From contig OZ252241.1 of assembly GCA_965249535.1 (NCBI GenBank), positions 1,020,730 to 1,084,729 of the forward strand: 64,000 nucleotides of DNA. Direction: 5' to 3'. The DNA comes from Vicinamibacterales bacterium. Lineage in GTDB: Bacteria; Acidobacteriota; Vicinamibacteria; Vicinamibacterales; G965249535. Positions 30,127 through 39,500 of the stretch are shown piece by piece (the stretch's first letter is position 1; each line of letters starts with the position of its first letter). The translations under genes were made by a program, and so were the position numbers. Below the pieces are notes generated by a model. That model saw only the letters and a program-made list of their open reading frames with translations. It made no database searches and was not told where the DNA came from.

Positions 30127-32241
30127 CTACTCACCGATCTGCCAGTGAAGAAAACTGAGAGTATCCACCATTTCGTCGATCCGTTGGCTGACAGGCTGTC
30201 CACCAGAATGGCCGGCGGCAGTATGGTACCTGAGCAAGATGGGTCTCTCTGATTCACCGTTCGCTTGAAGTAGTGCCGTCATCTTCCTAGCATGCAATGG
30301 TGCTACTCGTGTGTCACCATCACCGGTAATAAACAATGTTGCCGGATAATTAGCAGCATCGGTCACGTTATGGTACGGAGAGTAGTCGAGAAGGTACCTG
30401 AACTGCTCAGGATCGTCGCTCGATCCGTACTCAGGTATCCAGAAACTAGCGACAAGAAACTTATGATAGCGAATCATATCTAGAAGAGGATAGGTACACA
30501 CCACAGCACCAAACAGCTCAGGTCGTTGATTCGCAACCGCACCAACAAGAAGCCCTCCGTTACTCCCACCCTGAATCGCTAGCCGTTCTACACGAGTGTA
30601 ATTCTCAGAAATTAAGTGCTCTGCTGCTGCGATAAAGTCGTCAAAAACATTCTGCTTGTTTTTCAACATTCCACCACGATGCCACTCTTCACCAAATTCT
30701 CCACCGCCGCGTAAATTGGCAACAGCGTATATACCTCCCATGTGAATCCAGGCCGCAGCAAACGCCGAAAAGTTCGGAACCCTGCTCACATTGAAGCCGC
30801 CATAACCGGTTAAAAGTGTCAGTCTATTGCTATCACGTTCAAGATTCATAGGATGAATAATAAACATCGGAACCATCGTGCCGTCCTTAGATTTATAGTA
30901 AGTCTGCCTTACCTCAGTATTCTCTATGTCAATAGGTAATTCCGTTACCGCCCATTTTTCTTGTCTTTCGGTTTCAACGTCATACTGGTAGATCGTCGGT
31001 GGCATATGAAATGATGAAAAAGTAAAAAACATCTCGTTACTAGTCCACGACCCACGGCCATCACCTACTGAACCGACGCTATCGAAACTTATATCCCTAA
31101 TCCTGGTCCCATCTGTCTGATAAAATGAAGCTCTGAGTTGAACATCCTTGAGGTACGAGACAAAAAGTTTCCCCCCAACTGCAGAAACGTCTTCTAATAC
31201 CACATCCTTTCGTTCAGGAATTATTTCCTTCCAATAATCTACTGACGGTCGAGTTAAATCAGCGACCACAATACGTTTGTTTGGTGCCTTCAAGTTAGTG
31301 ACGACAACAAGCTCATCACCAGCGAAGATAGCAAATGAAATTGACTCGCCGTCGCTGATGACAGTCTCAAAGGGTCTATCAGTCAACAGATCCTTCACGT
31401 ATATTTCTGTCGGACCAGAAGATCCCTCGATCACGTGCACCATAAGCCACCGACCGTTATCCGAAAGAGCGCAAATGGGAATGTCTTGCTGTGTATATCC
31501 TTCACCAAAGAGCACACGATCTCTGGCATGGTCGGTGCCAAATTCATGATAGTAAACTCTCGGATCGGCATATCCGTAGCTACTGTAATAGAAACCCGCC
31601 TTATCCGGCGTTAACACAACACTTCCATAGCGACCCGCTGGAAGCACATCTTCTAAATCCTGCCGACTATCTACATCCATTGCTCGAACAGCGATCTCAT
31701 CTACACCTCCTTCACGAACTCCGTATACAACAAGCCGCCCGTCATCTGAAATATCAAGAAACATCACACTCGTGGCGTGATCATCACTCATTGGGTGTGG
31801 ATCAATGAGAACTTGATCTGCACCGTCATACCCTTCACGAAAATACAGGACAGAGAGATTCTGGTTGGCCTTCCGCCGACTAAAAAAATATCTGCCTCCT
31901 TTTTCTCTTGGTACATCAATTGTGTCAATCTCAAGAAATTGACGGACCATTTCCCTCAATTCTCCTCGTCCAGAACGCGCATGCAGAAGTGAATCCGTGT
32001 ACTTGTTTTGAGCGTCGATCCATGTGCGCGTTTCAGCAGAGTCTTGATCTTCTAACCATCGGTACGGATCTCCTATCTCAATTCCATGCAGAACTTCATT
32101 CATATCTTGGACCCTAGAAGGCGGCGTCTCGAGTTCCAGGTCAGGCGGGTTCGAGCAATCCACCAAGATGAAAACCCAACCAACCAAAAACACTTGTAGA
32201 ACTCGAGTCAACCACAATGGAAACGACAGAGACGGTTTCAC
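30127..32241 (-). CDS. Prolyl endopeptidase (S9A), secreted or lipoprotein
   Basis: 704 aa. DPYRWLED, catalytic Ser in GGSNGGLLVGAV, and AAGHSGG near the C-terminus. Only 30 bp separate it from ptrB. Confidence 0.85.
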   Translation of the reverse strand: MKPSLSFPLWLTRVLQVFLVGWVFILVDCSNPPDLELETPPSRVQDMNEVLHGIEIGDPYRWLEDQDSAETRTWIDAQNKYTDSLLHARSGRGELREMVRQFLEIDTIDVPREKGGRYFFSRRKANQNLSVLYFREGYDGADQVLIDPHPMSDDHATSVMFLDISDDGRLVVYGVREGGVDEIAVRAMDVDSRQDLEDVLPAGRYGSVVLTPDKAGFYYSSYGYADPRVYYHEFGTDHARDRVLFGEGYTQQDIPICALSDNGRWLMVHVIEGSSGPTEIYVKDLLTDRPFETVISDGESISFAIFAGDELVVVTNLKAPNKRIVVADLTRPSVDYWKEIIPERKDVVLEDVSAVGGKLFVSYLKDVQLRASFYQTDGTRIRDISFDSVGSVGDGRGSWTSNEMFFTFSSFHMPPTIYQYDVETERQEKWAVTELPIDIENTEVRQTYYKSKDGTMVPMFIIHPMNLERDSNRLTLLTGYGGFNVSRVPNFSAFAAAWIHMGGIYAVANLRGGGEFGEEWHRGGMLKNKQNVFDDFIAAAEHLISENYTRVERLAIQGGSNGGLLVGAVANQRPELFGAVVCTYPLLDMIRYHKFLVASFWIPEYGSSDDPEQFRYLLDYSPYHNVTDAANYPATLFITGDGDTRVAPLHARKMTALLQANGESERPILLRYHTAAGHSGGQPVSQRIDEMVDTLSFLHWQIGE

Positions 32242-32280
32242 TCAATCTCCAGTTGGCCCGACAGATCTAAAGGTCTGCGC

Positions 32281-32319
32281 GCCAATTCCTCGAGACCACT
32301 AGTGGCTCGAGGAATTGGC
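32281..32319. repeat. 39-nt near-perfect palindrome (candidate operator or stem-loop)
   Basis: GCCAATTCCTCGAG-A-CCACTAGTGG-CTCGAGGAATTGGC. The arms are 14 bp and perfect, the centre is itself a perfect 10-bp palindrome, and one A is unpaired. It lies 40-78 nt upstream of the prolyl endopeptidase start, with no U-tail on either strand. Confidence 0.7.
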
Positions 32320-32458
32320 CGGATCTCTCGCTGCCAGTCAATTCACGTAAGGAAGAACAAGCCCATCCAATGCGAGCATGTACCAAAGCAGAAATAAATT
32401 AGAAGCTGCTCCTGCGCAGCAATGTGTACAAAAGTACAAGTAGCTTTTACTTAAATCA

Positions 32459-34246
32459 CTACCTTGGAATGATCGGAAGTGTAACAACGGACGGGCGATC
32501 TCCCTCATGAAAGATCGTCTGCTGAGCTGTAACCATTCCAGAACTGTTGAACGTCTGTTCGCCTGTATTCAGATTCCGGTTGAAGCGGGGAAAGTTGCTG
32601 CTGGAAATATATAAACGAATCCTGTGACCACGCTTAAATAAATTACTTGTTGCCCATAAATCGATTGTGTATTTGTAGATCTTGCCGGGTTCAATAAACT
32701 CGGCATTTGTTGTATCGCTGCGAAAGCGCGCACGCGTGATCCCGTCAGTAATAAATCGTGCATAACCAGATGGATCAACATCGATGAGCATCGCAGTGAA
32801 ATCTGTGTCACGTGCTGTCGAACTAGCATAGAGGTCAACTGTGACGTGTCCCGTCACTTCTATCTCTCGTTCGAGAGGTGGGGTCGAGTAAATGAGCACA
32901 TCGGTGCGACCTTCATTGGGCCGCTGATCGAATGGCCCTGGCGGAACAGCATCCCCGCAACAAAGCCTACCGCCGAGTGTCCACACGGGATTCGCTGGAT
33001 CATAGGAATAACGGTCCGGCTCTTCTCCTTCCGGTGCTTCCACGCTAAGGACCCCATCGCCCCTAATCGAATTCGCACCGTTCGTCGAGTGAAGATAATA
33101 TTGTGTGTACTCAGTCCTATCGAGCGGCCACTCATTTTCATTACGCCATAGGTTCTCACCCATGACAAATAGTCGAATCGGAGCTCCAGTGGCGTAATCA
33201 TTTTGACTATCCTTGAGCGCGTAGTCGAACCATTCAAGCGCGACCTGGTCCATATCTACAACCGCCTGCTCACCAAAGACAACGTCACCGATTTTTCCCT
33301 CGGCTGACGTTGCGGCATGTGCCCAAGGCCCCATCAGCATTCGCTGACCTGCCCGAGCTTCCGGCGTCTTAGCACTCGAACGAAGCCCCGTGAAGTTCTT
33401 AATTGACCCCTTCAAGAAAATATCATGCCACCCCATTCCATGAAGACCCTTAACGCTCATCTCTGAGTAGTAGTCAGAAATCTTCCAGCGCTTCCAGAAC
33501 TCATCTTCTGTTTCGTGCTCAACCCAATCATCGAAATAGGGCGCAAGTTCATCAGGATTTGGTAGATTCATTAACTTGTAATCTTCTACAGGTAACTGCC
33601 AAGTCCAATCGGTAAACCTGGCCCGCTCACTCACTTTGCGTCTTAGAGTATCTGCCGCCAAACTTGAGGTCCAGGAACTTGTAAACCACTGCATCAGGGC
33701 GCCGTTTTGGTAGGTCCAACCATCATAATACTCACTCGCTGTCACGTACGGAAAGATTGCCTGAAGGTGTGGAGGCGCCGCCATAGCCGCGAGCATCTGC
33801 GTCGCTCCGACATAAGAACCTCCGAACATTCCTACACGTCCATTCGAATAAGCAAGAGCGGCTACCCACTCCACAGTGTCATAGCCATCGTTTGACTCAT
33901 AAAGAAACGGATAAAATTCTCCTCCGGAATCATAGCGGCCACGAGTGTCCTGAAAAACAACCACGTAGCCGTGCGAGGCCAATACGGGTCCAGACTGTCG
34001 ACCACCGTCACGGTCATATGGCGTTCTTTGAAGTATTACTGGAAATTGGCCATCCGCCTTTGGTCGATAAATGTCAGCCGTCAGTTGCACTCCATCACGC
34101 ATCTCGGCCTTGATCCCACGCTCAATAACTACCTCATACGGACCTTGTTCGGCCGCGAGCACAGTTTCCACTCGAGAAGCCCACAGAAAACTGTGCAATA
34201 GAAAAAGAATTGTTACCCACCGTAATTCACTGGATTGAATTTTCAT
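32459..34246 (-). CDS. CocE/NonD-family hydrolase (S15 X-Pro dipeptidyl-peptidase fold), secreted
   Basis: The ORF track extends to 34474, but a signal peptide (MKIQSSELRWVTILFLLHSFLWA) begins at ATG 34246. Motifs are PVILQRTPYDR, the nucleophile elbow MFGGSYVGATQ, and a C-terminal jelly-roll region. Confidence 0.8.
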   Translation of the reverse strand: MKIQSSELRWVTILFLLHSFLWASRVETVLAAEQGPYEVVIERGIKAEMRDGVQLTADIYRPKADGQFPVILQRTPYDRDGGRQSGPVLASHGYVVVFQDTRGRYDSGGEFYPFLYESNDGYDTVEWVAALAYSNGRVGMFGGSYVGATQMLAAMAAPPHLQAIFPYVTASEYYDGWTYQNGALMQWFTSSWTSSLAADTLRRKVSERARFTDWTWQLPVEDYKLMNLPNPDELAPYFDDWVEHETEDEFWKRWKISDYYSEMSVKGLHGMGWHDIFLKGSIKNFTGLRSSAKTPEARAGQRMLMGPWAHAATSAEGKIGDVVFGEQAVVDMDQVALEWFDYALKDSQNDYATGAPIRLFVMGENLWRNENEWPLDRTEYTQYYLHSTNGANSIRGDGVLSVEAPEGEEPDRYSYDPANPVWTLGGRLCCGDAVPPGPFDQRPNEGRTDVLIYSTPPLEREIEVTGHVTVDLYASSTARDTDFTAMLIDVDPSGYARFITDGITRARFRSDTTNAEFIEPGKIYKYTIDLWATSNLFKRGHRIRLYISSSNFPRFNRNLNTGEQTFNSSGMVTAQQTIFHEGDRPSVVTLPIIPR

Positions 34247-34340
34247 TGCTCCAGACCTCACAAGGCATTTGATTTCAACAGCCGACAGTAACCCTACACC
34301 CCACCAGTTTCTCAGACTCAGTGGGAAAGAGTTTCCGGTA

Positions 34341-34386
34341 CAAAAAAACCTGCGCGCGGCAGTTGATGCAACAACCGCCGCGCAAA
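34341..34386 (-). terminator. Rho-independent terminator downstream of the PQQ/quinohaemoprotein gene
   Basis: On the minus strand, a GC-only stem GCGCGGC/GCCGCGC (34377-34383 paired with 34354-34360) has a 16-nt loop. A U7 run follows (plus-strand A7 at 34342-34348). It lies about 75 nt after the stop at 34461. Confidence 0.55.
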
Positions 34387-34460
34387 AACCACAACGAAAA
34401 CGAAGATTGAAAATCTCGTCATCGGCAACTCTGAATTGAGTACAACGGACGTCACAAACA

Positions 34461-36161
34461 CTAATCAATACCAAACGCTAGTAGCACATTACCAGTTACC
34501 CCTCCCGCAATGGCGTAGCCCGACCCGGTGTAGAGCATCCCGCCAAGGACGGTTGGTCCCGGACCATTCAGTGCTCCGCCTTTGGCTTCGACGGCATTGA
34601 CCGTCTCGAACTTCTGAGCCGTATCGTACTCCCAAATAATAGTCCCGTCGTTAGTCGAGTACGCTCGGAGCATACCGTCCATGGCACCTGAAAACACAAC
34701 GCCTGGAATTGCAGTAGCAGCTCCATTATGACCAGAGCTGCACCCATTTGCAGTACCTTCGTGACAACGATCGTCTGGTGGCGTTGGCGTGTACCACGCC
34801 AGCTCACCTGTCCCTACACGAATTGCCGCCACCCCACCAGTTGGACGAGGTGCCTCCTCCGGTATATCCAGTCCACGGTGTTCTTCTGGTTGGAACAAAA
34901 TGGGAAAATAAACGAGTCGGCCATCGCTAGCGCCACCGAAAGTGATAACTCCACGATCACTTGCCCCGGGATAAAGTTGCCAGATCACCGCTCCTTCACG
35001 ATCAGGATCAAGGGCGTAAACTCGGCCAGTTTGCTGACCAACAATGAGAATCGTCCGGCCGTCTGTAAGTCTATGGAGCATGACTGCCTGGACGTCAACA
35101 TCAATATTCTCCGTGAGTTGATCAGGATCTGGACAGTTAAGAAACAGCGGATCCTGATAATCAGTCGGCTCTGGATTTCTGGCTCGACTTTTCTGATTTA
35201 TTCGACCTGGACAATTTATAAGGAAGGTGTCATTGGGCGTTAGTTGGTGCCACCACAGGCGCTCCCCAGTCTCAAGATCAAGGGCAATAACGGAGTCAGT
35301 ATCATTAGCAGAAGGTTGAGTGTACCCGTTTCCACTGCCAACGTACAACACCCCTCGGGCAGCATCAATCACTGGTGAGTTCCAAACGGCTCCTCCAGCT
35401 GGTGCCCGTTGTTGGACACCCTCAGAGTTCTTTGTCGTTGGCTTGGGTTCTTCAGCAACCGAATAACTCTTCCAAAGTTGTTCGCCCGTATGGGCATTAT
35501 ACGCCACCACACTGCCTCGGAACGTGCAGCACTCGTACCAAGAAAATCGACCTGCCGCTTCTTCGAGCGAAGAAACGGGTACGTAGAGTCGGTCCCCATG
35601 AAGTTTCGGAGCACCAGTGACCCTGGCGATCGGGTGGTCATCGGCCTGCTGCGTCCACAGCAGGTCACCGGTTTCGGCATTCACCGCATACGCGTTTGCC
35701 TTGACATCTCCAAAGTAAGCAGCGTACTGGGCGCTTCCGTGGCCAGTAATGGAACCAATCGTAATTGAAGACCGGACGCCACCTTTGGCCTCAAATGACC
35801 AGTACACGCACCCGCTGGCCGCATCGAGTGAGTAGACAAACCCAGTATCAGAACCCACAAAAATCCGGCCGCCGACGATTGTCGGTGAACCTGAGGCAGC
35901 TGAAGCTCCTCCCGGGTACCCAAATGCCCACTTTAATGTCAGGCGCGGTACCTGATCAGGGCTTAATCCGGCAGCCTCGGCTGGTTGAAAACGTGAATTC
36001 CCTACGTCTGGGCTCCAGCCATTCCACACGGCACCCGCAAACGGATCATCGAACGATTGACTCGGACACTGATTGGGCATCTCCGAGGCGTCCCCGCCCA
36101 CTGCTCCCAGCACTCGGGCCGCGGCCCATTCTGCTGCATCACGCTTTTCTTGATCGGTCAT
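34461..36161 (-). CDS. PQQ beta-propeller dehydrogenase portion of a polyvinyl-alcohol-dehydrogenase-like quinohaemoprotein (frame-disrupted, see findings)
   Basis: Frame of ORF 34461..36290. From MTDQEKRDAAEWAAARVLG onward the sequence reads as real protein, including WNGWSPDVGNSRFQP and several D-x-x-T/S-G-x-x-x-W propeller motifs. There is no signal peptide of its own. Confidence 0.7.
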   Translation of the reverse strand: MTDQEKRDAAEWAAARVLGAVGGDASEMPNQCPSQSFDDPFAGAVWNGWSPDVGNSRFQPAEAAGLSPDQVPRLTLKWAFGYPGGASAASGSPTIVGGRIFVGSDTGFVYSLDAASGCVYWSFEAKGGVRSSITIGSITGHGSAQYAAYFGDVKANAYAVNAETGDLLWTQQADDHPIARVTGAPKLHGDRLYVPVSSLEEAAGRFSWYECCTFRGSVVAYNAHTGEQLWKSYSVAEEPKPTTKNSEGVQQRAPAGGAVWNSPVIDAARGVLYVGSGNGYTQPSANDTDSVIALDLETGERLWWHQLTPNDTFLINCPGRINQKSRARNPEPTDYQDPLFLNCPDPDQLTENIDVDVQAVMLHRLTDGRTILIVGQQTGRVYALDPDREGAVIWQLYPGASDRGVITFGGASDGRLVYFPILFQPEEHRGLDIPEEAPRPTGGVAAIRVGTGELAWYTPTPPDDRCHEGTANGCSSGHNGAATAIPGVVFSGAMDGMLRAYSTNDGTIIWEYDTAQKFETVNAVEAKGGALNGPGPTVLGGMLYTGSGYAIAGGVTGNVLLAFGID

Positions 36162-36400
36162 TTTTCCGGCACTCGCCCCATAAGCGCCATTGGACCATCC
36201 GTGAGTGCATCCAGGATTCGTTCTGGTGTGAACTGTCGAAGAGTTTCTCGATCGGGGGCTCGAGTGCTGGGATCTGGATCCCCATGACAAGCTGCACAGT
36301 ACTCCTCAAAGTAAAAAGAGCCACGTATCGGTTGAGCCAGGCTAGTCACGGGTATTAAGACCATGGCCACCATCAGCGAGATACTGAAAGTTTTTAGCAT
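36158..36400 (-). CDS. Signal peptide plus c-type cytochrome domain (N-terminal part of the same quinohaemoprotein)
   Basis: ORF 36158..36412. GGAGG lies 5 nt before the internal ATG at 36400. Signal peptide MLKTFSISLMVAMVLIPVTSLAQ, CAACH haem site and a distal Met (DGPMALM). The expected C-terminal helix of the domain is in the other frame. Confidence 0.7.
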   Translation of the reverse strand: MLKTFSISLMVAMVLIPVTSLAQPIRGSFYFEEYCAACHGDPDPSTRAPDRETLRQFTPERILDALTDGPMALMGRVPEK

Positions 36401-36563
36401 GCCGTCCTCCATTATTTAGGCAAGGATCTTACACGATCATCAGCACTTTGCTAGCTACGCCGAAACCCGCAAGACCGCTTACCAACGGGCTCGGTTGGCG
36501 CAATATAGCGCCAGATAACAAATCAAAAAAGTCTCCAAATCCACTCGGTACCATATCTAAGCT

Positions 36564-39500
36564 CTATTCGGCTTTTAGAGACGGAAGGAGTGGCGAACGA
36601 AGCGCCACCATTGTAGCCATTACCGAGGTCACTAATCCCGTCAATGCAATAGCCACGAGAAATCCACCGAGTGAGGCGACTGACATTCGGTCTCCTCTTT
36701 CGAACAAGGCCGGCACAATAGCCAGAAGGGCGCAGACAGTACCAATCATCAAACCGAGAAATAATAGAAATGCGTTTTCGGCAAGCACGATAATGGAGAG
36801 GTGTCTGGCATTGTACCCCACCGCACGAAGTAGAGCAAGTTCACGGTGCCGCTCGAGCACGTTGCGGAGTAAAACTGCCGCGAGTCCAAAAGTCCCTAGC
36901 AGTAGTCCGAAACCACCGAGCAATTGAAACGTCTGTAGGTACGTATTCTCTACTCGGTGAAAAGCCGCCAGTTGCTCGCTCGCCGAGACCACATCGAACC
37001 CGAAATCTGAAAGTCGGTCTTCCAATGCCACGGTCACGGCCGCCTCTTCTTCCGGAGGAGTGTCCAGTAGGAAGAAACGGTACCCTTCCTGATCTGGGAA
37101 TAGATCAAGAAAGTGATTCTCAGAAATGATCAACTCGCGTTGGAAGATACTATCTGACAATGCTGCAACGATGCGCAAGCGGATGGGGTGATCGGTCTCT
37201 CTATTTATGAGGAACTCGTCGCCCACATCCAAGTGAAGTACCCAGGTGAGCGACGTCGCATCAGCAATTGCTGGAATAGCACCATCCGGTTGCTCTCGGT
37301 CAAGTAACAACCATGGATTTTTTCTTTCGGCCTCACTCCTTGCTAGGGAATTCCTAAAAGTAAATCGACCACTTTTCAGGAACTCACCTGTTGGAGCTAG
37401 AATCCTTGGATTCTTTGCCTGGTAAAGATTTAGACAGCTCACATCTTCGCCGGGTCGCACACGGAATCTCTCAAAGAATATCTTGCCGACGATATCGTCT
37501 CCAAGATCGCCCAAATAAAGCTCTTCAATTCCTTCGTCCGTCCCCAGATCATGGATTATCGGCAATACCGAGTCGGCCAGCAATGTGTACCCGCCAGTAC
37601 CAGATGTTCGGTCGAGTAACACCTCGTGGCCTTCCCGACGAAATGCATCAACTGCAACAATTATGAATGTGGCTGAAGTAATCAAACCAATACAAAGCAG
37701 GCTTCGACCTGGATGGTACCTCGCATTCCGAAAACCTATGTGCATTAATGACCATGTCCCTGTTACTAACGGGCGACCCGCAACTTCATAGTGGAGCCAG
37801 GCCCACACCGCAGTTAACAAGGCACACAAAAACAACATGCCTGCTCCGAAAAATCCTGAAGTATTACTTATTAGCCCGAGTAAGCTGCCCCCAAGTAAAA
37901 CTAGTCCCATAATCGAAAGAATGACAGCTACCACTAACAACGAAAGCCTTCTGTAAAGTCTAGAAAAGAGAGTGCCTGAGGATTCGTCCACCCTGCAAAT
38001 ATTCTCCTGCAGATCTTCACGAAGACCGCTCACGGCGTCAGGTAACGATCCTGCTAGAAGGGTTCGTGGCGTTGCACGACTGAGCATTTTCAGTGTTAAC
38101 GCAATCGATGCAAGTGCCGCAATGATCCCTCCTATAGCTCCAAAAAACAAAGAGTAGGGTGACACATGCAACTCAAGGGCGGTGGTCCCCACTGCGTCCA
38201 CCCACCACGTTCGGAGACCGTGCATGATAACGTCGGCATAGACAATCGCACCAACCATCCCCACAGCACTTCCAACAGCCGAAAGAATGAGAGCCTCACT
38301 CCAAAAAACGATTCGAATTCTAGGGGATGAAAATCCGAATGCTCGAAGCATGCCAATTTCTTTTAGCCGTTGCTCCACTCCCAACCTGAAAAACAAGCTG
38401 GTTAGGAGAAGCGCCGATACCACAAGGAAGAAGCTGAAGTAGGTAAAGTACTCTCCAAAATCAGTTACACCTGCCGAAGCCTCGAGAGCCAATGCCCGTG
38501 CTGGATACACGACAAAACCGTTTGCAACTGGATCGATTGATGCACGGAGCTCCTCAGTAAACATCGTAAGTGTCGGTTCAAGTAAACCTTCAGGAGGCAA
38601 GAACCGCAAAGATGTCAATTGACCCCAACGGGATTTCCACAAATCTTGGCCAACCGCTAATGAGATAAATCCCTTCGGTGTTGTGCGATACCGATCCCAG
38701 TAATCCTCGTCTTGTGGCCGAATCAAGGCCAAATTTATTGGAAACGGCGGATCCCACTGAAAAACACTGTCCGCCTTCGTAATTCCAGGGTACTCTGGAG
38801 CGAGGTCTTGATCAGCTGCAGCTCCTGCAAGGGGTACCACCCCCGTCAACTGAAATTTCGTTTCCCGCGTTAATAAACGTCCCTCATCCGCCCAAACATA
38901 GTACTCGACCGAAAGAAGATCTCCCAAGTCAGCCCCAAGTTCATCAGCAGTCCACTCGTTGACGACAATCAATGGAAAACCTGAGCCCTCCGACCCAGAA
39001 CCCCGAGATAACGAACCCGATGTTAGGGATTCAGAAACCCTATCTAAATCCAACGCGGTAAGAAGTGAATATGGAATCTCACGATCACCGAGACGGATAC
39101 GATTCACGAGATACGTCAGAATCGGCTGAACGTCGGTTCCTAATCGGTGAGCTGTCGATAGCGCAGTTTCAGTCAATGCATCGGTCAAAAATCCCGCATC
39201 ACTTTCCATAAGAATGGCACCGTGCGTTTCTAACGCGCGTAACTTGATGCCAAGATCTTCAAGACTCACGAGTTTTCTCAAACTGTCTTCTACGAAAGTA
39301 ATGTCAGAACTTGCTGAGCCACTTCGATTTTCAAATCGACGATCAATATTGCCTAGGAGGACCATGTTAACTTGGCGCTGGCGATCTAAATCCCGCTGCA
39401 ACCGCTTAAGGGACATAAAAATTGAGCGAGAAGGAGCCTGCTGCGGGTGAATTGAAAACTCTCCCAACTCCTCCGGCGAAAGGACTGCCTGGCTCGAAAG

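Noticed and set aside
34247-34474. 76-codon N-terminal extension of the CocE-like ORF (track start 34474)
   Set aside because: It is Cys/Arg/Phe-rich and not protein-like. It overlaps the stop of the upstream PQQ gene and contains that gene's terminator. A proper signal peptide starts at ATG 34246.
36158-36161. ATGA start/stop overlap suggesting two separately translated genes (84-aa cytochrome c plus 566-aa propeller)
   Set aside because: It remains possible, but it would leave the cytochrome domain without its C-terminal helix and the periplasmic propeller without a signal peptide. The helix-like sequence continues in the other frame upstream of that ATG, so I favour a frame disruption. 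It is kept as an alternative in the finding.
34728-36927. Long plus-strand ORFs (34728..35243, 171 aa; 35765..36358, 197 aa; 36448..36927, 159 aa) and other antisense ORFs
   Set aside because: They lie entirely antisense to well-supported minus-strand genes. Their composition is Arg/Ser/Pro-rich and low in complexity, and they have no motifs. They are typical shadow ORFs of a GC-richer stretch.
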